A stretch of DNA of 64,000 nucleotides from an uncultured Clostridia bacterium (GTDB lineage Bacteria > Bacillota > Clostridia > Oscillospirales > CAG-272): the NCBI GenBank assembly GCA_904501985.1, contig CAJGCT010000003.1:4809-68808 (forward strand), in the 5' to 3' direction. The notes beneath the pieces were generated by a model. That model had not been told where the DNA came from, made no database searches, and saw only the letters and a program-made list of their open reading frames with translations. Shown one piece after another: positions 45,460-53,332 of this stretch (position 1 is its first letter; every line of letters begins with the position of its first letter). Made by a program: the position numbers and the translations under genes.

Positions 45460-47479
45460 CTAAAAACCTCCTAACTTCTGCATCCAATGATGAGATTTCT
45501 TTGTTAAAATCCGCTTCGCTGATATAATGAGGTGAGTAAGGACGCAAATAATATTCGGGAAGAAGCGTAATGTAATTGTCGCTCGTGATTTTGTCTATTG
45601 GGATATTTCCGCCCTTTCTTGCGATTTGTTCGAATCCTTTTTCGTCAATCCATTTTGTTGAAGATCCGCTGTCATCAAAAGTAAGCCAACGCTTTTCTAA
45701 TATTCCGGGCATTTCTACTCCGTCTGTGCTAACCCAACCGGAAATTTCATCGTGCATCCATCCATTTCGATTGTTTCTTAATTTCGTAGGGAAACGCTTG
45801 TCGGAATTTGCTAATCCGTCGTTATCGATGATGTACATCCATATAGGCTTAGTTTGCTTCTTTGTAACCTTGTTACTACGCTTTTTCAAAAACAATGCAT
45901 ATGTTTTTTCTTTTGTGTAAGGCGCAAATGCAAACTTGGGCAAAGAAACGATTGCGTAAATTTCACATTTTTCGAGAATTTCATTACGCAATTTTTTGTA
46001 AGAGGGATTTTCTAATACACCATCAGGTGTAATGATACAAGCCTTTCCACCAACCTTAAGCAAGTCAATAACCTTACAAATGAACGCAATTTCTGTTCTG
46101 TTTGTGGAAATCGCCTCCGTGTTTGCTTTTATCGTACCGCTACCATATGGGGGATTGGTGATTACGTATTGATAGGTTTTATCTAATACGCTTTTTCCTT
46201 GGCGAGTAGGTTTTAGAGTATTGTCCGAATACATGTGTGTATGCCCGTCGCCAACCAAAAACATATTTAAGCGAGTTCTTGAGATATTCTCATCCCTTAC
46301 ATCGATTCCGTAAAAACACTGTTTGGACAAAAATTCTCTTGCTTCATCCGTCAATGTGCCGCTTTTTTCATAATTGTTGTAGAGGACTTTGAAGCTCTCG
46401 GTCAAAAATCCACCAGTTCCACAAGCAGGGTCGATAATAGAAAACGTTTGCTCATCATTAAATGTTTCTTCGTCTTGAAGTAGCAACTTAGCAAAAATAT
46501 GAGTGTAATGTCTACGGGTAAAGTATTCACCAAAATCCTTTTTCTCTTTGGATGAAGCAAACATTTCATATACTGCACCAAACAAATCGAATCCCGTACC
46601 GTGTAAAGGCTTCATTGAATCAATAATGCTGTATATTTGTTTGACATCTTCAACACTTACCAAAGGCTTGTTTTTTCCATCACCGCTAATGGCAACACGA
46701 ACAACTTCCATTACATTTTTGAATTCTTTGAATGTTGTTTCATCTTCTAAACGACTAATATATCCACTTAGATTATTTTTTACTTTCTCGGCAATTTCAT
46801 CGTTACACGAAGACCAATAAACCTTGGAAGCATCCTTTGTTCCATCAATATCTTCTTTTTCCTCGAAATATTCAAGTGCTACAAATCCGACAGTGAAGTC
46901 TATCTTCTGAACATTATCCTTGAAATTGATACCGCGATACACACCTGCAAGTTCCCAAAGCTTTTTATTGAAGATTGCTTCAGAAATAGTAGAAATAGAA
47001 TCTACATTAGTGTTTATTGCATCAAGATCAGGGTTCGCAGTTAGCTTGTTCTTAATCAAGCGGTAGATATCAATAGTTTGAAACTCTCTTATTGGATTTC
47101 CATTCAAAGTCAATTGCTTTAAAGTTTTTGCGTTGTAGAAATAGGTAGTTTTGCAATTTGTAACTATAAAATATGGCAAACCCAATTTAGGAGCTTTAAT
47201 CTTTCCTTGTTTCAAAGCATCTTTCCAATCTTTATCATCAACCTTGCAATCATCTTTTGCTTCTGCATAAGCAACGAGATTCTTGATGTATTGATCGTCA
47301 TTTGTTCCGTCATATTCGAATTCTGAAATTAAAAGATCGGGACGCTTTGATCCTGTATACTTTGAAAAAGTGGTATCATTAACAATTTGGCGAAATGGTA
47401 TGCTTAACTGTGCTACAAGCACCTCGTTGATAAGACGGCTTACTGAAAGTGCCTCTTTTTTCTTTGTTCCTTTAGCCAT
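45446..47479 (-). CDS. Fused restriction endonuclease / N6-adenine DNA methyltransferase (type IIB BcgI-A-like or type IIG-like)
   Basis: The N-terminus has a PD-(D/E)xK-like motif (RPDLLISEF...AYAEAKDD). It is followed by gamma-class MTase motif I IIDPACGTGGFL and motif IV ITNPPYG. Start set at ATG 47479 (AGGAG RBS); the track ORF starts at 47521. Confidence 0.7.
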   Translation of the reverse strand: MAKGTKKKEALSVSRLINEVLVAQLSIPFRQIVNDTTFSKYTGSKRPDLLISEFEYDGTNDDQYIKNLVAYAEAKDDCKVDDKDWKDALKQGKIKAPKLGLPYFIVTNCKTTYFYNAKTLKQLTLNGNPIREFQTIDIYRLIKNKLTANPDLDAINTNVDSISTISEAIFNKKLWELAGVYRGINFKDNVQKIDFTVGFVALEYFEEKEDIDGTKDASKVYWSSCNDEIAEKVKNNLSGYISRLEDETTFKEFKNVMEVVRVAISGDGKNKPLVSVEDVKQIYSIIDSMKPLHGTGFDLFGAVYEMFASSKEKKDFGEYFTRRHYTHIFAKLLLQDEETFNDEQTFSIIDPACGTGGFLTESFKVLYNNYEKSGTLTDEAREFLSKQCFYGIDVRDENISRTRLNMFLVGDGHTHMYSDNTLKPTRQGKSVLDKTYQYVITNPPYGSGTIKANTEAISTNRTEIAFICKVIDLLKVGGKACIITPDGVLENPSYKKLRNEILEKCEIYAIVSLPKFAFAPYTKEKTYALFLKKRSNKVTKKQTKPIWMYIIDNDGLANSDKRFPTKLRNNRNGWMHDEISGWVSTDGVEMPGILEKRWLTFDDSGSSTKWIDEKGFEQIARKGGNIPIDKITSDNYITLLPEYYLRPYSPHYISEADFNKEISSLDAEVRRFLDELS

Positions 47480-47660
47480 TTTTCTTTTCTCCTTTTTCTT
47501 TATCCAAATGTTCACTGACATATCTTTCTGCTGCTTTGTTGAATAAGTCTGCCATACTTATATTATCATCAATCAACAATTTCCGTAGTTGATTGTGAAG
47601 CACGGTAGGCATACGAAATTGCACTTGTTTTGTTCTATCACTTTTGGTCGCCTGTTTCAA
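47472..47660 (-). CDS. Ribbon-helix-helix (CopG/Arc-like) small DNA-binding protein, first gene of the R-M operon
   Basis: 62 aa. VQFRMPTVLHNQLRKLLIDDNISMADLFNKAAERYV fits a beta-strand + helix A + helix B pattern. TTG start 47660 follows AGGAGG, and the stop overlaps the methylase start (ATGGCTAA). Confidence 0.55.
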   Translation of the reverse strand: MKQATKSDRTKQVQFRMPTVLHNQLRKLLIDDNISMADLFNKAAERYVSEHLDKEKGEKKNG

Positions 47661-47681
47661 AATGCCATCCTCCTGTCACAA

Positions 47682-47723
47682 ATGATATCATTCTATCACA
47701 ATACCTTGATATAAGGATATCAT
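47682..47723 (-). promoter_or_regulatory. Promoter/operator region of the R-M operon: extended -10 (TGATAGAAT) overlapped by the palindrome ATGATATCAT, with a second GATATCAT 25 nt upstream
   Basis: ATGATATCAT at 47682-47691, the -10 TAGAAT (minus strand) at 47690-47695, and GATATCAT at 47716-47723. Confidence 0.4.
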
Positions 47724-47806
47724 ATAAGGGAGATTTTGTCAACAATTTTCAACAAAAAAAGTGCATAGGTTTTTCCTATGCACAATAGAGTAGTATTCAA
47801 TTTCGG

Positions 47807-47929
47807 GAAGTTCAAATCCCGTAAGTGTTTAATATCTTTTTCTCGTGACTATGCGAGCCAAGGGCGGAAAAAACAAAAAAGCCTTGAAAAATCAAGGCTT
47901 TCCGCGGCTATATCTTTTTTATAGCCCTT
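47807..47929 (+). repeat. Right inverted-repeat block (IR-B' 47807-47825, IR-A' 47912-47929) between the R-M cassette and tRNA-Gln
   Basis: GAAGTTCAAATCCCGTAAG contains a tRNA T-arm-like CGGGAAGTTCAAATCCCG. ATCTTTTTTATAGCCCTT lies 3 nt from the tRNA-Gln 3' end. A hairpin GCCTTGA-AAAA-TCAAGGC (47881-47898) lies between the two repeats. Confidence 0.85.
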
Positions 47930-47932
47930 TTT

Positions 47933-48006
47933 TGGCTGGGGATGAGGGGTTCGAACCCCCACAAACAGAGTCAGAGTCTGTCGTGCTACCGTTACACAAA
48001 TCCCCA
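47933..48006 (-). tRNA. tRNA-Gln (anticodon CTG)
   Basis: The minus strand reads TGGGGATTTGTGTAACGGTAGCACGACAGACTCTGACTCTGTTTGTGGGGGTTCGAACCCCTCATCCCCAGCCA. Acceptor TGGGGAT/ATCCCCA, anticodon loop CTCTGAC, T-arm GGGGG-TTCGAAC-CCCTC. Confidence 0.85.
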
Positions 48007-48144
48007 ACGGTATCTTTTCCACGGACAATATTATATCACAACAAAATAGGTTTGTCAATAGGTTTTTTAAAAAAAATAAAGTTTTTGCGCAGGTAATTTT
48101 TACAAGTGCGCCAAAATAAATTTCAACTTTTTCCGCTCTCGCTG

Positions 48145-48173
48145 TTGACATGGCGCGTTTTGCGTGATATAAT
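48145..48173 (+). promoter_or_regulatory. Consensus sigma-A promoter of the SCIFF operon
   Basis: TTGACA at 48145-48150, a 17-nt spacer, then TATAAT at 48168-48173. Confidence 0.7.
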
Positions 48174-48214
48174 ATAAATAATAATGCAAAATCACATCAC
48201 AAGGAGTACATAAA

Positions 48215-48352
48215 ATGAAACATATTACTACTTTAAATACCAAGAGCCTTTGCGACAGCGCAAAGAACGGCGGCTGCGGTGAGTGCCAGACCTCCTGCCA
48301 GTCCGCTTGCAAGACCAGCTGCGGTATCGCAAATCAGGCTTGCGAAAAGTAA
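48215..48352 (+). CDS. SCIFF ('six cysteines in forty-five residues') ranthipeptide precursor
   Basis: Below the ORF-track size cut-off. Hand translation gives MKHITTLNTKSLCDSAKNGGCGECQTSCQSACKTSCGIANQACEK (45 aa). AAGGAG RBS at 48201-48206. The cognate radical-SAM maturase is immediately downstream. Confidence 0.9.
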   Translation: MKHITTLNTKSLCDSAKNGGCGECQTSCQSACKTSCGIANQACEK

Positions 48353-48360
48353 GTCAATGA

Positions 48361-48388
48361 AAAAAGCCGCCACAGGGCGGCTTTTTTG
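48361..48388 (+). terminator. Intra-operon hairpin/attenuator between the SCIFF precursor and the maturase
   Basis: AGCCGCC-ACAG-GGCGGCT stem followed by TTTTTT. Confidence 0.7.
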
Positions 48389-48426
48389 ATTTTTTAGTAA
48401 TCAGCTGATAATTAGGAGAACAGATA

Positions 48427-49794
48427 ATGATACATTGTTATAAGCTCGGCGGACTTAATATTGTACTTGATATCTATTCCGGCTCGGTTCATGTGGTGGA
48501 CGAGGTGGCATATGACATCATTGAGGGCTATGAGAATACCGATAAGGCGGTATTGAAGGCTGAAACCGTGAAAAAACACAACATCACCGAGGCGGAATTT
48601 GATGAATGCTGTGCGCAGATAGAGGAGCTTCGCTCCGCAGGACAGCTTTTTGCCGAGGATACCTTTGAGCCTCTTGCAGGAAATCTTAAGGAAAAATCCA
48701 AGGGTGTGGTAAAGGCTTTATGCTTACATATTGCCCACAGCTGTAATCTTAACTGCTCGTATTGCTTTGCAAGTCAGGGTAAGTATCACGGTGAGCGTGC
48801 TGTTATGAGCTATGAGGTGGGAAAGCAGGCTCTTGATTTTCTTATTGCCAATTCCGGCACACGCCGTAATCTTGAAGTAGACTTTTTCGGCGGCGAGCCG
48901 CTTATGAATTTCGATGTTGTAAAGCAGCTCGTGGCATATGCCCGTTCCGTGGAAAAGGCGGCAGGCAAAAACTTCCGTTTCACCCTTACCACAAACGGTC
49001 TGCTTATTGACGACGATGTTATAGATTTTGCTAACCGCGAGTGCTCTAATGTGGTGCTGTCTCTTGACGGAAGAAAAGAGGTTCACGACCGTTTCCGTGT
49101 AGACTTGGCAGGTAACGGAAGCTGGGAGCGGATCGTTCCCAAATTCCAGAAGATGGTGGAGGCGCGCGGGGGCAAAAATTACTATATGCGCGGAACATTC
49201 ACCCATGCAAATCCCGATTTCCTTGAGGACATCAAAACTATGCTTGATCTTGGCTTCAATGAGCTGTCAATGGAACCGGTTGTTTGCCCCGAGGGCGACC
49301 CGTCCGCACTTACTGCCGAGGATCTTCCTATAGTGCTTGAGCAGTACGAAAAGCTTGCTGAACTTATGCTTGAGCGTCACCGCGCAGGCAAACCGTTCAC
49401 TTTCTACCATTACATGATAGATCTGAAGGGCGGTCCATGCATATACAAGCGTATTTCGGGATGCGGTTCGGGCACGGAATACATGGCGGTTACACCGTGG
49501 GGCGATTTGTACCCCTGCCATCAGTTTGTGGGCGAGGAGAAATTCAAGCTCGGCAACGTGTGGGACGGTGTTACAAATACCGAATGTCAGTGCGAATTTG
49601 CCGCCTGCAACGTTTATACAAGACCGGAATGCCGTGATTGCTGGGCGAAGCTTTACTGCTCGGGCGGATGTGCCGCCAACGCATATCATGCAACAGGCTC
49701 TGTTAACGGCATATACAAATACGGATGCGAGCTTTTCCGCAAGCGCATGGAATGCGCCATAATGCTGGAAGCCGCAAAGACCCTTGAAGAATAA
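48427..49794 (+). CDS. SCIFF radical SAM maturase (SPASM-domain thioether-forming enzyme)
   Basis: CxxxCxxC motif in AHSCNLNCSYCFA. The C-terminal Cys-rich SPASM region is CGSG...CHQF...CRDCWAKLYCSGGCAANA. It sits directly after the SCIFF peptide. Confidence 0.9.
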   Translation: MIHCYKLGGLNIVLDIYSGSVHVVDEVAYDIIEGYENTDKAVLKAETVKKHNITEAEFDECCAQIEELRSAGQLFAEDTFEPLAGNLKEKSKGVVKALCLHIAHSCNLNCSYCFASQGKYHGERAVMSYEVGKQALDFLIANSGTRRNLEVDFFGGEPLMNFDVVKQLVAYARSVEKAAGKNFRFTLTTNGLLIDDDVIDFANRECSNVVLSLDGRKEVHDRFRVDLAGNGSWERIVPKFQKMVEARGGKNYYMRGTFTHANPDFLEDIKTMLDLGFNELSMEPVVCPEGDPSALTAEDLPIVLEQYEKLAELMLERHRAGKPFTFYHYMIDLKGGPCIYKRISGCGSGTEYMAVTPWGDLYPCHQFVGEEKFKLGNVWDGVTNTECQCEFAACNVYTRPECRDCWAKLYCSGGCAANAYHATGSVNGIYKYGCELFRKRMECAIMLEAAKTLEE

Positions 49795-51134
49795 TGAATA
49801 CGCCTATCTGCGATTTTATTGACCGTTACGCTGGGAAAAATCCCATCCGTCTCCATATGCCGGGGCACAAGGGCGCGGTGCTGACGGGGGCTGAGCCTTA
49901 CGACATAACCGAAATCTACGGTGCGGATGTGCTGTATCATTCCGAAGGGATAATACGCGAGAGCGAGGATAATGCGGCGGCACTTTTCGGTGCGGCAAGG
50001 ACGGTGTATTCCGCGGAGGGATCATCGCTGTCTATTCGTGCTATGCTCTATCTTGCGTTGCTGTATGCAAAGGAGATGGGGCGCGAACCGATCATTGCCG
50101 CAGGGCGAAATGCTCACAAGTCGTTCATGTACGCCGCGGCAATGCTTGATCTTTCGGTTGAATGGCTGTATGAGGACAACGGTGGCATTATTTCCTGCGA
50201 CATTGACCCGGCGGAGCTTGAAAAAAAGTTAGCTTCAATGGATCACCTGCCCTGTGCGGTCTATATTACATCTCCCGACTATCTCGGACACATAGCCGAT
50301 GTTGCAGGTATTTCGCGCGTGTGCCATAAGCACGGCGTATTACTGCTTGTTGACAATGCTCACGGTGCATATCTTAACTTTCTCGAATCATCACTGCATC
50401 CTATGGCTCATTCGGCAGATATGTGCACGGACTCTGCACATAAAACTCTGCCTGTACTGACAGGGGGAGCGTATCTGCATATATCGAAAAATGCTCCTGC
50501 TATGTTTTCGGAGCAGTGCGAGAGGGCAATGGCAATGTTTGCCTCTACAAGTCCGTCATATCTTATACTTCGCTCGCTTGATGCGGCAAACGCATATATG
50601 GACGGCGATTGGCGCAGTCAGCTATCAAAATGTGCGGAGAATGTGCGGCGTTTATCAAAATCCCTTGGCGAAATAGGATATGATATAGAGTATAATGAAC
50701 CGCTGAAGATTAACGTTAAGCCGAAATCAGTGGGGTATACAGGCGACGGTCTTGCAAAGTGCCTTTCGGAGCGCGGAATAGTGTGCGAATTTTCCGACCC
50801 CGATAACTGCGTTATGATGTTTACACCGGAGCTTGGGGATGGCGTTTATTCTTCGGTGCTGAAAGCATTTTCGGAGATTGCGGTTAGAACGCCTATAAAA
50901 ACGCTTCCCCCACCTGCGCCAATTGCCGTAAAGGCTATGAGCATAAGAGAGGCTATGCTTGCACCCTCTGAAGTCGTTTCTGTGAAAGATTCTGTAGGGC
51001 GTGTGCTGGCTGATGCCAATGTGTCATGTCCGCCGGCAATACCGATACTTGCCTGCGGTGAGCGCATATGCGAAAAATTCGCCGCACTGTTTGAATATTA
51101 CGCAGTAGATAAGGTAAGGGTAGTAAAAAACTGA
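49794..51134 (+). CDS. PLP-dependent Orn/Lys/Arg decarboxylase-family enzyme
   Basis: N-terminus RLHMPGHKG and the PLP lysine context DSAHKTLPVLTGGA. The start overlaps the maturase stop (TAATG). Confidence 0.75.
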   Translation: MNTPICDFIDRYAGKNPIRLHMPGHKGAVLTGAEPYDITEIYGADVLYHSEGIIRESEDNAAALFGAARTVYSAEGSSLSIRAMLYLALLYAKEMGREPIIAAGRNAHKSFMYAAAMLDLSVEWLYEDNGGIISCDIDPAELEKKLASMDHLPCAVYITSPDYLGHIADVAGISRVCHKHGVLLLVDNAHGAYLNFLESSLHPMAHSADMCTDSAHKTLPVLTGGAYLHISKNAPAMFSEQCERAMAMFASTSPSYLILRSLDAANAYMDGDWRSQLSKCAENVRRLSKSLGEIGYDIEYNEPLKINVKPKSVGYTGDGLAKCLSERGIVCEFSDPDNCVMMFTPELGDGVYSSVLKAFSEIAVRTPIKTLPPPAPIAVKAMSIREAMLAPSEVVSVKDSVGRVLADANVSCPPAIPILACGERICEKFAALFEYYAVDKVRVVKN

Positions 51135-51280
51135 TTTTATGCAAATAAGCATCTCCAAAAGCGTCTGACTTTGGAGGTGCTTATGTTTTTTTTGCGCCAA
51201 TTCGCGAAAATCACTTGATATTACTATAAAATAGTGTTATAATATAAAGTAGGTAATTATACTTTGCGGAGGACGGCGTT

Positions 51281-52213
51281 TTGAAAATACTTATAAATGA
51301 AGAATATGCCGGCCTCACAATAAAGGAATGGCTTTATAAAAATCATATCTCACGGGGACTTATAACTCACTTAAAAAAGCGTGCGGACGGCATAACCGTG
51401 AACGGGGAACACGTTACTGTGCGCTACGTGCTGAAAATCGGCGATACACTGAGTATTGCGGCGGATGATCGGCGCGAGGATGAAAATGAGTTGCTTGTTC
51501 CAACAAAAATGGAGCTTGATATACTTTACGAGGACGAAGACATTGTAGCCGTTAACAAACCCTTTGGAATGGCGACCCACCCGTCTCTCGGTCATTTTGA
51601 AGATACTCTTGCCAACGGACTTGCCTATTATTATTCATCGCGTGGGATACCCTTTGTGTTTCGCGCGGTAAACCGCCTTGACCGCGATACAAGCGGCGTA
51701 GTGCTTGTGGCAAAAAACAGGATTGCCGCCGCAAATCTTACAACGCTTATGCAGTCGGGCAAAATACGAAAGCAATATATTGCCGTTTTAAACGGAAAGA
51801 TTGAACCCTCTGAGGGAGAGATAAATGCTCCCATAAAGCGGCAGGAGGGGACTATACTGCTTCGAGAGGTCTGCTGTGACGGTGCAGATGGCTCAAAGCC
51901 TGCGCTGACAGTATACAAAACTTTGCTTCGGGGCAGTGACGCATCCGTAGTACAGGCGGAGCCTGTAACAGGGCGCACGCATCAGCTCCGCGTTCATTTT
52001 GCCCATATGGGGTGCCCTATAGTGGGTGACGGATTTTACGGAACTGCCGAGACTACACCCACCGAACACGATAAGCGTATGACACGGCAGGCACTTCACG
52101 CCTCGTCGCTGAAGATAGATTTTGGTGATCGTGTATTGAATATTACCGCAGACCTGCCCTGTGACATGGCGGAGCTGAAAAGCTTCATTGAGGGGACGTG
52201 TACCCGTGATTAG
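51281..52213 (+). CDS. RluA-family pseudouridine synthase (RluD-like, with S4 domain)
   Basis: Motifs HPSLG, the catalytic RLDRDTSGVVLVAK and TGRTHQLRVH. TTG start after GGAGGA. Confidence 0.85.
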   Translation: MKILINEEYAGLTIKEWLYKNHISRGLITHLKKRADGITVNGEHVTVRYVLKIGDTLSIAADDRREDENELLVPTKMELDILYEDEDIVAVNKPFGMATHPSLGHFEDTLANGLAYYYSSRGIPFVFRAVNRLDRDTSGVVLVAKNRIAAANLTTLMQSGKIRKQYIAVLNGKIEPSEGEINAPIKRQEGTILLREVCCDGADGSKPALTVYKTLLRGSDASVVQAEPVTGRTHQLRVHFAHMGCPIVGDGFYGTAETTPTEHDKRMTRQALHASSLKIDFGDRVLNITADLPCDMAELKSFIEGTCTRD

Positions 52214-53315
52214 AGTAAGTATATTAAAAAGATACTGTCCGCGCTTTAGCTTAGTTTTCTTTGCTGTGGCGATTTTTGCCGGCGGGGTACACATAATAAG
52301 CGAGAAATCGGCGTTTTTTTCCGATTTTGTAAACAGATATGTAAGCTCGGTCATACGCGGTATTTTCGCTGTTATTACAAGTATATTTGCGATCTCTTTG
52401 GCGGAAACGCTCATCCTTTTTATTCCCGTGCTGTTTGCGATAACGCTTGTGTTCTGTGTTAAATCGGTAAATCGAAGCACCCGTGCAGGAGTTCGGTATG
52501 TGGTGGGACTTTCGTCGGTGCTGTCACTGCTTTATACACTTTTCGTGTTTTCTTCCGCTGTGGCATATAACGGAACGCCGCTTGGAGATAAGCTGGAGCT
52601 TACTCAAAATCCTGTCAGTGCAGAGGAGCTTTATGATACCGCTGTATATATGGCAGAGAAGATAGACGAGGAGCTTGAGTTTGTAAATTACACTTACGGC
52701 GGAAGCTCGGTCATGCCATATTCGGTTAAGGAAATGAACAGACTTTTGCTTACGGCATATGACCGCGCTTCGGATGAATACCGCTTTATCCCACGGCTTA
52801 CGTCACGCATTAAGCCAATCGCTCTCTCCGGGCCTATGACCTATACCCACATTTCGGGAATGTATACCTACTATACCGGGGAAGCCAATATAAACGTGAA
52901 TTTCCCCGATTACAATCTGCCGTTTACCGCGGCACATGAGCTTGCCCATCAGCGAGGCATCATGCCCGAAAATGAAGCCAATTTTATGGCATTCCTCGTC
53001 TGCACCATGTCGGATGACCCGTATATACGCTACAGTGCGTACATGAATATGTACGAATATCTAAGCTCAGCACTGTATACGGCAGACATAGAACTGTTTT
53101 CCGAGCTTTATTCGTCTCTTGATGTGAGAATGAAGCGGGAAATGCGTGCATACAATGAATTTTTTGAAAAATATCGCGATAATACAGCCGCCGATGTCAG
53201 CAGTGCTCTGAATGACTCTTACCTTAAGTCTCAGGGGCAGTCTGCCGGCGAAAAAAGCTATGGCATGGTAGTTGACCTTGCCGTGGCGTATGTTGATTCG
53301 ATCTTGGAAGATTAA
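52206..53315 (+). CDS. DUF3810-like membrane-anchored putative zinc metallopeptidase
   Basis: N-terminal TM helices and the HExxH motif (AAHELAHQRG). GTG 52206 overlaps the rluD stop (GTGATTAG); the track ORF starts at 52188, and the start is uncertain. Confidence 0.6.
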   Translation: MIRVSILKRYCPRFSLVFFAVAIFAGGVHIISEKSAFFSDFVNRYVSSVIRGIFAVITSIFAISLAETLILFIPVLFAITLVFCVKSVNRSTRAGVRYVVGLSSVLSLLYTLFVFSSAVAYNGTPLGDKLELTQNPVSAEELYDTAVYMAEKIDEELEFVNYTYGGSSVMPYSVKEMNRLLLTAYDRASDEYRFIPRLTSRIKPIALSGPMTYTHISGMYTYYTGEANINVNFPDYNLPFTAAHELAHQRGIMPENEANFMAFLVCTMSDDPYIRYSAYMNMYEYLSSALYTADIELFSELYSSLDVRMKREMRAYNEFFEKYRDNTAADVSSALNDSYLKSQGQSAGEKSYGMVVDLAVAYVDSILED

Positions 53316-53332
53316 AAGAAAGGAGGGGGCGC

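Noticed and set aside
38726-47660. Whether the helicase + ATPase together with the methylase make a BREX or DISARM system.
   Set aside because: There is no PglZ/alkaline-phosphatase-like gene, no PglX-size methylase, no BrxA/B/C, and no DrmA/B/PLD gene. The methylase belongs to a separate transcription unit (terminator at 44237-44271) with its own S subunit, and it differs sharply in composition.
31900-48100. A prophage or integrative element anchored at tRNA-Glu or tRNA-Gln.
   Set aside because: No integrase, excisionase, or phage structural or conjugation genes lie anywhere between or beside the two tRNAs. Only short att-like repeats are present, and these are reported as findings.
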